Source: Nitrosopumilaceae archaeon
GTDB taxonomy: Archaea; Thermoproteota; Nitrososphaeria; Nitrososphaerales; Nitrosopumilaceae
Reading direction: 5' to 3'
Length of the DNA stretch: 64,000 nucleotides
Assembly: GCA_965207375.1 (NCBI GenBank)
Contig: CBDBMG010000003.1
Location: 384,001-448,000, forward strand
Part shown: positions 1 through 10,462 of the stretch, one piece after another
Position numbering within the stretch: the stretch's first letter is position 1
Layout of the letters: every line of letters starts with the position of its first letter
Made by a program: the position numbers and the translations under genes
Notes under the pieces: model-generated
The model's input: the letters and a program-made list of their open reading frames with translations, nothing else
What the model was told of the DNA's origin: nothing
The model's database searches: none

Positions 1-1629
1 AGCAGCAGTTAAGTTGTCAGTTTTTCCCACATGGAATGTTAAATTGTATTCTGTTGGATTTTTATAAGAGCTGCATACTGAACATGCATATAATTTACCA
101 CTTTTATGACGATAGTCAAGATGTCCTTTACCACTGATTACCATGGCACATTGGTAAGCCACTGCTGGTATCATTTCATCCTCTACATCAAGGTTCACTA
201 ATCGAGTATGAGCATTATCAACCCTTGACCATAAAATGCTACCACAGCAGTAGCACATCCCTATACCTAAAGGTTTAGCATCAAATCTCACCTGTTGTCC
301 AATTCGTTTTTTAGCTCTAACTAAAAGATCATCATTTAAGGACAAACTATCAGTATTCCATGTTGTAGGCAATTCATACTGTTTCATATACTGAATTAAA
401 AGGGTCAAATTGTCCTCAATAAACATGTCAGCTTCATCAGTTGAGATGTTGTTACAGTAACTGTCCTCTACTGAGTTACTACTACTATCTGGACGACCGG
501 TTGATGCACTAAATCCTGCATCTCGAGTAGTGCCAACAGGGCGTCCAGTTGGTACATTCATCTCAATGTCAACATCAGATGTGGGGGGTCCGGTTGATGC
601 ACTAAACCCTGCATCTCGAGTAGTGCCAACAGGGCGTCCAGTTGGTACATTCATCTCAATGTCAACATCAGATGTGGGGGGTCCGGTTGATGCACTAAAC
701 CCTGCATCTCGAGTAGTGCCAACAGGGCGTCCAGTTGGTACATTCATCTCAATGTCAACATCAGATGTGGGGGGTCCGGTTGATGCACTAAACCCTGCAT
801 CTCGAGTAGTGCCAACAGGGCGTCCAGTTGGTACATTCATCTCAATGTCAACATCAGATGTGGGGGGTCTGGTTGATGCACTAAACTCTGCATCTCGAGT
901 AGTGCCAACAGGGCGTCCAGTTGGCACATTCATCTCAATGTCAACATCAGATGTGTGGGGTCCGGTTGATGCACTAAAGCCTGCATCTCGAGTAGTGCCA
1001 ACAGGGCGTCCAGTTGGTACATTCATCTTAATGTCAACATCAGAAGTGGGGGGTCCAGTTGATGCACTAAGGCCTGCATCTCGAGTAGTGCCAACAGTGC
1101 GTCCAGTTGGTACATTCATTTCAATGTCAACATCAGATGTGGGGGGTCCGGTTGATGCACTAAACCCTGCATCTTGAGTTGTACCAATTGGACGTCCAAT
1201 TGCCAGCTTTCCATGTTTTCTAAAAAGCTTATAACCACATTCACAAGTTTTTTTCCTGACGTGAACTTGAATATTACAATTGGGACACACTGTATAAAAA
1301 GGTCCAGGATTGACTTCTACATCACCACTGCAAAGTAGTAGCATAGAAACAACATAGATTATGAATACAGGCATATGCAACACAGCAAAATCAAACCAAT
1401 CATTTAATGATGTGTGTAACATGCCTTTTACATGCAACACAGCATCAAACCAGTCATATACTATGTGCAATAAGTTTACATACAACATAGCAATATCAAA
1501 CCAATCATTTACTGCTAACATGCCATTTTCAAATGCATTATTGGTATACTTGTGACCAATGTTACAGTAGCACTTGAATTTCCAGTTAAAAGATCCGATA
1601 ACATTTCTCCATTGTACTATGTCAATCAT
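1..1629 (-). CDS. 5' part of a long ORF, probably Helitron/Helentron-type transposon protein, with N-terminal hydrophobic peptide, 2A-like motif, Cys-rich knuckle and 31-aa repeats (runs off left edge)
   Basis: Manual minus-strand translation from ATG 1629 found no stop to position 1: MIDIVQWRNVIGSFN...VVSMLLLCSGDVEVNPGPFYTVCPNCNIQVHVRKKTCECG...(GRPVGTTRDAGFSASTGPPTSDVDIEMNVPT)n...GMCYCCGSILW...YACSVC. It is absent from the ORF track because it has no stop in the window. The Helitron assignment is inferred from the Cys pattern and the terminal structure near 2490-2540. Confidence 0.8.
   Translation of the reverse strand, partial: MIDIVQWRNVIGSFNWKFKCYCNIGHKYTNNAFENGMLAVNDWFDIAMLYVNLLHIVYDWFDAVLHVKGMLHTSLNDWFDFAVLHMPVFIIYVVSMLLLCSGDVEVNPGPFYTVCPNCNIQVHVRKKTCECGYKLFRKHGKLAIGRPIGTTQDAGFSASTGPPTSDVDIEMNVPTGRTVGTTRDAGLSASTGPPTSDVDIKMNVPTGRPVGTTRDAGFSASTGPHTSDVDIEMNVPTGRPVGTTRDAEFSASTRPPTSDVDIEMNVPTGRPVGTTRDAGFSASTGPPTSDVDIEMNVPTGRPVGTTRDAGFSASTGPPTSDVDIEMNVPTGRPVGTTRDAGFSASTGPPTSDVDIEMNVPTGRPVGTTRDAGFSASTGRPDSSSNSVEDSYCNNISTDEADMFIEDNLTLLIQYMKQYELPTTWNTDSLSLNDDLLVRAKKRIGQQVRFDAKPLGIGMCYCCGSILWSRVDNAHTRLVNLDVEDEMIPAVAYQCAMVISGKGHLDYRHKSGKLYACSVCSSYKNPTEYNLTFHVGKTDNLTAA
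497..1195 (-). repeat. 93-bp coding tandem repeat, about 7.5 copies (31-aa GRPVGTT unit)
   Basis: The unit ccggttgatgcactaaaccctgcatctcgagtagtgccaacagggcgtccagttggtacattcatctcaatgtcaacatcagatgtggggggt recurs every 93 bp with few substitutions. Confidence 0.97.
1300..1345 (-). other. 2A-like (StopGo) ribosomal skipping motif MLLLCSGDVEVNPG|P
   Basis: Exact match to D(V/I)ExNPGP at 1323..1300, preceded by the hydrophobic LLLxSG tract typical of cellular and transposon 2A-like sequences. Confidence 0.85.
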
Positions 1630-2159
1630 TTTGTTTCCTTGAAAACTGTAAAAAATATGTATGAGTGTGTTTCTTCATGCAATCTACATAATTACATTAT
1701 TATTGATATTATAAATTATAATTATACAGTGCACATACACCAGTAGCTACACAATTAACACCTTAGCAATCTATTACCACTTGCAGAATTACATAAAACC
1801 ATAGATTATATACGTATATAAATATCTATGAAGCAGTGAGAAATTCCTCGAGAAATTCAAAACGTCTCGCCACTGACAGCTATTGTCTTGGTTAGCCAGA
1901 AAAATTCCCAACCCAACGCGCAAACTGAGGCGCACGCTTGCTGTCTATGCGCCAAAAGCATAATACATTCACACAACTTTGCTAATCAATGACAATACAG
2001 TCATGTCGATCTAAGAAATAATCCTTCGACAAAACCTTCGATGTTTACGAATTACACTACGAGCGCGCAATAAATAGACTAGCACTATACGTACAATACA
2101 ACAACAAAACAACAAAACAACAGGGACAAACAACTAACCTTCAAGAATTTCAAATGTTT

Positions 2160-3250
2160 ACTCGCGTGATCACGCTCGTCAATTGGAGTGACAAAAACAA
2201 ATTTCTGCGGAGTTATCCGAAAAGGCACATGGTCATTTGGAAATGGCGTTTATTAGAATTAACGCTTTTTAAAAGAAAGAGAGTTAAGTAATTTCCTACA
2301 TTTAAAAAGATCGCTGTTGAACAAGGACCCCATTAAAGGTTAGCTTAAGTGTCTAGAGTGCGTAGTTTAGTCGTGGTTTTTAATTACATCATATTTAATT
2401 ACCTAAGACTTAATTACCTAAGACTTAATTACCTAAGACTTATTTACGCCCATTTTTGACGTCACTTTTAACCACAGTTTTTATTATTGTACTTGGTTGT
2501 ATAATTATTTACTAGCAACGATGACCCTAAACCAAGTACAGTCATTTCGGAGCAACCACCCACCGGGTTAATAACTAGACATATTAAAATCACAGCCAGG
2601 ACTACAATCAGCTAGCCAGGTAACTTATATAACAGGGAAATGGGTTGATTGGTTGGTTACTGGCTTCTAATTACTAAGGCAGAATAAGAGGAATAAAAAT
2701 GTACACACCACAAAAATCTACACATTATTAACATAGTTCTAAGCTGTGCAAAGTATACGTAGCTATTAAAACATTTTTATAAAATTAGTTAATACAATCA
2801 AACATACCACTAGTCAGTTAGCTATGGCTTCAATAAATTCATTAGCAAACACCAACCCACTTCGAAATCCATGCCTCGCTGCAACAACAACTGCTATCTT
2901 ATTCACCTGATGTCGCTCGTCAATTGGAACGCGCTCATTAATTGGGTAGTGAGTTACTAAAAATAGATTTGTACGAAGTTATCCTGAGTTATCCGTAATA
3001 TCGCATGGTGAATGTACTAGGCGTTTATTAGAATTTTTATATTGTAAACGAGTAGGAGTTTGGCAAATCGCTACATTTAAAAAGAACGCCATTAAATGAG
3101 GATCCGATTAAAGGTTAGTTTATGTGTCTAAAGTGCGTAGTTTATCCGTGGCTTTTAATTACATCATACTTAATTACCTAAGACTTAAATACCTAATACT
3201 TAATTACCCAATACTTAATTACCTAAGACTTAATTACCTAAGACTTATAT
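2160..3250 (-). mobile_element. Terminal region of the Helentron-like element plus an adjacent partial non-autonomous copy, with 15-bp subterminal tandem repeats
   Basis: Blocks 2160-2440 and 2910-3250 are diverged duplicates, each with (taattacctaagact)n (about 3 and 5 copies). There is a 10-bp inverted pair gtacttggtt (2489) / aaccaagtac (2530). A homologous terminus is seen at 36096-36280. Confidence 0.5.
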
Positions 3251-3910
3251 GTGGAGTGTGGCTTCCAGCCAGCTAGAGGTTTTATCATACATTGGCAAGG
3301 GGTCTGACACTCGAGAATTTTTGCATGAGGTTTAGTTTACCAACAGTTCATGATATATTATAACTATTATATTATAAACTCTTGACTTTACCAAATTAGG
3401 CTGTAAATATCACGTGATTATAAATATACGGAGAAAAACAAAAATTTACATTCAGCAGTTGTGTAAGAGATTTGGAGCATTGGGCAGCGAATAGGTATTA
3501 ACTTGATAGGAACGAGAACAATACATAATTAATTTTTATGCCACACACAAAATCATACATAAATAAAACTCACACTCGACGACGATGGCTTAAGCTTCGT
3601 GTAGCGAGTCTTTTGATCTTGTATCTTTGCTACTGACGAAGCTACAAAAGCAAAGGACGCACCAATTCCACCACAGCCATAAGGGCGTCTAAAATTATAT
3701 GTCTAGGCGCTAATGGATGTTATGCGGCTTGCGCGTTTAATCTCGGCGTACATGGACTCGCATGGACCAGAAAACAGCGTTTTACCACGGTAGAAAACTG
3801 ATCTGGAAAGAATTTTCCGAGCTGTTTGTATGATGGAAGGTTTAAAGGTACTATAACTATCCGACACTACTTAAGATATGTGTTTGTTTGGCTGTTATTT
3901 AACTTTCATG

Positions 3911-4766
3911 GGTAGCCACTAATTTGCGGACTGGACTGGACCTGCGGACTGGTCCATCTTGCTGTGAAAACACTAATTTGCGGACCGGACTGGACCAGTG
4001 GACCAGGCAATCAATGGCACGTGGCCATGGGCTATAACAAACGATCTACTACCACTGATACCAACGAACCTGTGCAGTGTCCCCACACGCGCTTGGGCGA
4101 CTCTGAAAATGATACATGGGGCGAATTGTTGTAGCTATAATACTCATGTATGCAGAACTGACTACTAAAAGCCACCGTGACTCCGGCCATTAGAAAAAAA
4201 CATTGTCAATCCTGGTCTAGCACAGAAAGGGCTTACTTATATAGCCTCTGGATATATGCAAGGAGTAGTGTATAACTGACTATATGAAGTTATATATAAA
4301 CTGCATGATTTGATCAACAATGCAAATAAAGGTCACAGCAGAGATAGTCGATCGGCTACTGCTGATGACCGGAGGTCTAGATCTACACATTCAGTGTGCT
4401 GCCAGCACTTACATTGTACACACTTGAACTACAAAATGATAAGAACAAACAATCAGTTAAAACTGCTGTGTTGTTTTAGCACACAAATTAGTCATATTTG
4501 GTACCCTCTTTCTGTTTTTCTCTGTGACATGGTACCAAATATGACTCATCTTTTGTTAAAACAACACAGCAGTTTTAACAGTGGCCAGTAGAGTAAATCA
4601 GCTTACTTTGACAAGGAGCGTTTAGCGCCGTGTACGGCAGTCCGTGTTTTTCGCCAATACTAGTCCGCTAATTAGTCAAACTTGCCTAAACTGCGGACTG
4701 GACTGCGTACAATGCGTTAAAGTATTGGTCCACTGGTCCAGTCCAGTCCGCAAATTAGCGACTACC
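3911..4766. mobile_element. Non-autonomous Mutator(MULE)-like MITE
   Basis: TIRs ggtagccactaatttgcggactggactggacc / ggtccagtccagtccgcaaattagcgactacc; 9-bp TSD actttcatg (3902-3910, 4767-4775). Confidence 0.85.
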
Positions 4767-4878
4767 ACTTTCATGGGAGTTCAGGACAATAGTGCGTATG
4801 CGTTTGACGTCACGCGATTATTCACGTGATAAAGTAGCCATTTTAAAGAGGCAAAAGGAGATAAACAGTTTCGTGAGG

Positions 4879-6726
4879 ATGGTGAATTCATGTTGTGTAA
4901 TTGGATGTTCAAACCGGAAAACTAAGGGAACCAAATTAACTTTCCACTGTATACCAAAGGTATAGTAGTTTTCGTTATTTGAGGACGATTTTTAGATACT
5001 TCTTTTTCACACATTACCTTTTTCTGAACGCTATGCTGAGCGTTGCAATGGAATCTCATTACATAGCGGTGGAAGTTATTTATAATGTTAGGAGTATCAA
5101 ATTACAAGCCTTTGGTTGTGAGAACACGTGTTTGTTTGTACTTGATATAAACATTACATGGTTTTGATACAAGAAAACATGTAACAATACAAAACTTGTA
5201 GTTTGCATAAAACCACACATTAAAAAATGTTTCATTATAGGTAATTAAAGACAAAGGAAAGAAGCTGGAACAATTATCTACCAGAAGAAGGGCAGAGTGG
5301 CTTTCAAAAATTAATAGGAAGAATTGGAGTCCTAGTCCTGGTAGTCGTGTATGTTCAGTCTATTTTGCACATGGACAGCCAGCAGATTTGCTAGATGATA
5401 CCAATCCAGACTGGATACCAAGTGTTTTGATGGGTTATGCTACCAAGGAAGGAGATTTTGATTGTTACCATCGTTGCAAGAAAAGAATGGCACACTCTGA
5501 TGATGATGATAACTCTGTGAAAAGTGTTCGAGTAGATAGTAGTGCTGTAAATAATGTTCCTTTAGACAGTAGCATTCCTGTAGGTAGCAGTACTAGTGTT
5601 CCAGTAGAAAGCAGTATTACAGAAAGTTTAGATGTACCTGAACAAGCTAGCACTTTACAGTTGGAGGAAATTGCCACTGCTGAAAGCACTTTGATGGATT
5701 GTGAGGAAAGTGATTTGTATGTAGAATACCTAGGTCTAGAAGATGAACTTGCCCATCTTAGACTGGATAATCAAAAGTTACGAGATGAGAATATTAAACT
5801 GAGAAGTCAAGTAATTGTTTTTACACCACATTTATTTGAAAATGACAAGAATATCCTACAATTTTACACTGCTTTACCAAATTGAACAATACTTAAGGCT
5901 GTTTTTGATTTGGTACTGCCTTCACTTCCCAAGATGCCGAATAGTAAACTTTCCCCTTTTGAAATTATTGTAATGTTTTTTATGAGAATTAGATTGAATC
6001 TGGTGGAAGAAGATATTGGATATCGTTTTGGTGTACATCAAAGCACAGTGTCGAGGAATTTTTATAAAGTGTTGGATGTAATGGATGTTAAATTATCTCA
6101 TCTAATCAAGTGGCCAGAACGTCAAATTCTGCGAGAAACTTTGCCTATGAGGTTTAGACGTTTTTTCAAAAAGTGCTGTGTCATCATAGATTGTACCGAA
6201 GTGTTTGTGGAACGTCCATCAGATTTAATGGCTCGAGCACAAACCTGGAGTAATTATAAACATCACAACACTGTCAAGTTTCTTTTAGGAATCACCCCAC
6301 AAGGAACAATTTCTTACATCTCTCGATCATCGGGTTGCTGGTGGTCGAATGTCTGATAAACAAATTGTTGAAAGTTCTGACCTTATCAGCAAGTTGCTTC
6401 CTGGAGATGTGGTGATAGCAGACAGGGGGTTTACATGTGATGATTATGCCCACATGGTACTTGCTGAAATAAAAATCCCACCATTTACCAAGGGGAAGAA
6501 ACAACTTGAAAAGATTGAATTAGATTGGAGTAGGGAACTGTCTATGGTACGGATACATGTAGAACGCGTTATAGGTGCACTAAAACAGAAATACACAATA
6601 TTACAAAGTGTTCTGCCTATCACAGTAATTGCTGATAAAGATGATGGAGCTGCCACTATTGACAAAATAGTTAGAGTATGCTGTGCTTTGGTAAATTTAT
6701 CACCATCCGTTGTACCACAGGATTGA
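4879..6726 (+). pseudogene. THAP + HTH + DDE_Tnp_4 (Harbinger-like) transposase, disrupted
   Basis: Exon 4879-4959 MVNSCCVIGCSNRK..FHCIPK, GT-AG intron 4960-5240, then W..CSVYF..PDWIPS (THAP, zinc His changed to Tyr). Motifs IIDCTEVFVERP, YKHHNTVKFLLGITPQG, ADRGF, RIHVERVIG are present. Premature TGA at 5883-5885 and a frameshift near 6330. Confidence 0.9.
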
Positions 6727-6760
6727 GTTAAGATGTTAATTATATTACTATATAATATTA

Positions 6761-9513
6761 TTAGTTCTTATACTTTTTCAGTTTTCTGCATGACGGACAG
6801 TACCATTTTCCTACTGGAGCAGAATGCATCTTTAAACAGTCAAAGTGAAACCACTTAATTTTGCATGTCTTGTGATCACACATGATCATCTTTCCATGGC
6901 TAGGTTCTCCACAGTAACACCATGCTGCCTCTGGGTCTTCCTCACTAGCTTCACTAGCTGTACTTTTACTAGCTGCAGCTTGTTCTAAGTTAGGGATCTG
7001 TACAATACCATCTTCATTAGCAATAGGTTTTCTAGTCAGCCATTTGCCAACTATCTCGGGTAGAACAGAGTATATAAAGAAATTTTCCACTTGGCCCATT
7101 AAATTTTCATAAAAACAACGATCTAGATGGATTCGCTCTATGATCACCTCCTCCTTACTCCACACAACAAAATCTCCATGCTTCATATTGTATACATTCA
7201 GTTGTGCTTGCACCTGATAATAATAGCTGTGCTCCCTAGATAGTCTCCATTTCCCTACAGCAATGCACAATAATAATTATTTATAAAACTATTGTTATTA
7301 ATGTTAAAGAGCATACCTTTTTCATCTTTTTCTAGACAAAATTTTTTATCACTCTCCTCTGGAAGCCTCTCTCTGAAACAATATGGACACTTAACTTCAA
7401 TAGTTCCTTTACCACAACAATCACACATAATAATTGCATCAGGTGATGCCCCAATGTATGGTCTCTCTTGGCTAATAAATAGTCCAGTGTCTTTAATGGA
7501 TACATTGCTGTGTGCGGACATCTTTTCTTTATATGTTTTCAAAGCATCTTTTTCATGCAAACAGCCCCACCTATATACAATATATCATAACATTAATACA
7601 TTAATACAATAATACATTCTTTCATACATGGTACTTTCAGTAGTGAATGCATAAGCCTGAGGGTAACAAATTCGCTTTATCAAACTCGTTGAAGGCATAC
7701 ACGGATTTGTTCTGGCTACTGCTTTGAAATTGGAAGCAATAATTCTTCCTTCATGATGGACCTTCCACAGCTTACATTTAGCCTGCTTCCTTGTAGACTG
7801 CTCCAACAGCATTACTTGCTCCAAGGATATCTGAAAAGTATTTTTAAAAATATTAAAAGATTTAGCAAAATATACAACCTTCAGGTTTCTTGCAATCTCC
7901 TCACATCTGCTAAGAAGGGATAAATAATCTAATTGCAGAGCATCCGGGTCGTACAGTTGAGAAACTGGCTGTGGGAGTGATTCGTTCATACCCATGGGAA
8001 TAAACTGCTTTGAATAAGGAGGTGTTATCTTCAATATGGCAGGTTTAACATCTGATGAATTTAAACAGTCATAAAATTTGACAAGTTCATCTTCTGTGGG
8101 AACATCAATGCAATGTTGTTCTTTAGACTGCTTAACTGCTTTTGATGTAAACACTATATCTTCGATGTTGGCAGGTTCTACCTACAAAACAAACCAAAAT
8201 TTATAAGGACTGATTGATTTTTGTCATACATTTCTGGCTGAAGGTAACCAGCCACAGCTTTGTGATGTGCAGGAAGTTGTCCCAGATTGTTCTTGGTACT
8301 GAGCTGCTCTTATTAAACAAGATATTACTGCAGTAATGTGTGAACATGCTTCTCCCAATCTACATAATATTTAAATCAGTCTTAGTCAGTTAAGTACAAC
8401 CCCACTTACCCTGCCATGCAGGTACAGTGTGCACCAAGAACATTCCCAGATTGATGACAAACCACCCAGGGTATTAGTGGAGTAGCTGATAGACTTTGGG
8501 AATGTTTAACCTCCATAAGGTACATATTATCAATTCAAATCATAACTTATGGACTCACTTTTCCCATCACAAGCCAATGTTTATCATTCTGGTGGGTAAA
8601 AATATAGCATCTGAGGTTATGAATCCATCCAGCTTTGACAAAACTGTCTGACCGTAGCATACCTTTCCAAGCCTATATGTGTAGAGTAAAGCAGAATCTA
8701 TTACTGTATAAGTGGTACATTTGATGGTGATTTTAATTTGGCAGTTTGGTGGATTTGTCTTAAATCGCCAAACTAAAGTCACCGCCAATACTATTTTTTA
8801 GATGGCACTGTGGAAGTATCTTATGGCGATCCTTGGCCAATCCGCCAAACTAAATGTTCGCCAATCTGTGTTTATTATCTAATCGCCAAACTTAATGTCC
8901 GCCAAATGTACCACTTATACGGGGTATGTGCTTAACTGACCCAGTAAGAAGGATATTAATATCTTCCTTATAGCTGTTGTGAGCCTGAAGCAATTGTGGT
9001 GATGTTAAAATGTTGTACTCGTGTACTTGTTTACAACAACATGTTATTATATACAAGCTTACAACATTCCTATTCCATGGCTGGGGATACCCTGCATATC
9101 TTTACTTTAATTAATCATTGGTATAAGCCAACAGATAAATTGAGATAATATATGTGCATGGAATAGCTATACATAATATTATAGCCTAAGTTTAAACAAT
9201 GTCGGACCTAAAACAGCCCAGTATTCAATCACCGGGCTGCCCAAACTATATGCTATACTTTCGAAGTTATAAGCATGCATTGTAGATGAAACCAAACCTT
9301 CATTTCTTCCTTAGTATATACACTGGGGGTAGATATCATGTACAAAAACATGTCACTCCATGCAATTTTGGGGACTGAAGGAGGTTCTTCAACCCATAAA
9401 TCGTTAGGTATCGCGTAGGGATCATCCTTCAGACCAACTTTGGCAAGTTTTTGCTTATACCTTGCTTTTGCCTCAGCAAACAAATCGTCAAAATACTCTG
9501 AAGTTCGCTCCAT
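6761..9513 (-). CDS. Spliced ISL2EU second ORF: SWIM zinc finger, YqaJ-like exonuclease, C-terminal PHD finger
   Basis: Short GT-AG exons give ..TKEEMK|AWKGML..AGWI..|VKHSQS..AHCTCMAG|LGEACSH (SWIM); GRIIASNF, GASPD..IEVKCPY, YYYQVQAQL (YqaJ); WCYC..MIMCD..C..WFHFDC..WYCPSC (PHD). Start could also be ATG 9549. Confidence 0.85.
8704..8924. mobile_element. TA-flanked MITE (C(C/T)GTA termini) in an intron of the YqaJ gene
   Basis: TIR ctgtataagtggtacattt / aaatgtaccacttatacgg; internal cgccaaa/tttggc repeats; TA on both sides. Confidence 0.75.
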
Positions 9514-9972
9514 CAACACATTCGCTCGATGATTTTGCCTCTGAAACATGGTGGGTAGCAACTATTACTAATTACGTAATATTTATGGTGACGTAATGCA
9601 TATCCTCTATAGGCTGCATTACGAAAATCGAGAATTGCCACGGGGAAAGTATCGTATTCTTTCACTTTTACTTCACCATAATTACTTTAAACAGTTTTAA
9701 AACCCTATTCTTTCCGACAAATGTGCCCATGTTTGATGTTTGGCTGGTTTCTCATTCAACCCTGTACATTTGGGCGTGATTAATTTTTGCGAGTTGACCG
9801 CTCAATCTTGGCAATGTTTTCCACCTTTCTTTTACTCATTACGTATATTATGACTACATAAATGAATGTTACTCATGTGCAGTGTAATGCAGATCATGAT
9901 CAGTCAAACTTATCATAACCTCATGATCACATCTTGATGGTTCTACATCTTACATGTGATGAAATGAATATA

Positions 9973-10462
9973 CCGTAAACAACAAAAGTTCCGCGGTACA
10001 AAACTTTCGCGGTTCACTGGATTTTATCAAAATGTAGGGAAAGCTTTCGCGTTTTTGCTTCAATTATAATACCCGCGTATGTTCGCGTATCAGTGCTCCG
10101 CAATTGTGTTTAAGCGGATCTCGCACGTGAATTAAAATGGCAGGCATTAGTTTAATGACACGTGTGTTCGTGGTTTTCATGTTTATAAAGATGTCTGGAG
10201 ACCAGTTATAGGCGAAGAACTGAGATGTCAGAGAGAGGAAGACAACCCAAGATATCCTTATGCTGTAGCTGTGACTCGGTTAAATTCTTGCCAACTTCCT
10301 GGCCTAATGGACCACAGTGATCCGGCCACGTAGCGCCTCCTTCTTACAAAAGTATTACAAGAAGTGCCATAACCCAAAATTAGTAGGGAAAACTTTCGCG
10401 TTTTATTGAAAATCCGCAAAAAACGTGAAAGTTTTGTACCGTGGAACTTTTGTTGTTTACGG
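9973..10462 (+). mobile_element. TA-flanked non-autonomous DNA transposon carrying a HIRAN-like coding fragment
   Basis: TIRs ccgtaaacaacaaaagttccgcggtacaaaactttc / gaaagttttgtaccgtggaacttttgttgtttacgg. Bases 10157-10273 translate as DTCVRGFHVYKDVWRPVIGEELRCQREEDNPRYPYAVAV. Confidence 0.8.

Larger units (their letters stand above)
4791..9608. mobile_element. ISL2EU (PIF/Harbinger-related) DNA transposon
   Basis: Imperfect TIRs agtgcgtatgcgtttgacgtcac / gtgacgtaatgcatatcctct flanked by AT. It carries two convergent genes (THAP-DDE transposase and YqaJ exonuclease), the known ISL2EU layout. Confidence 0.85.

Noticed and set aside
530-1177. 215-aa plus-strand repeat ORF from the track
   Set aside because: It is confined to the tandem repeat and is the antisense shadow of the longer minus-strand ORF that carries recognisable motifs on both sides.
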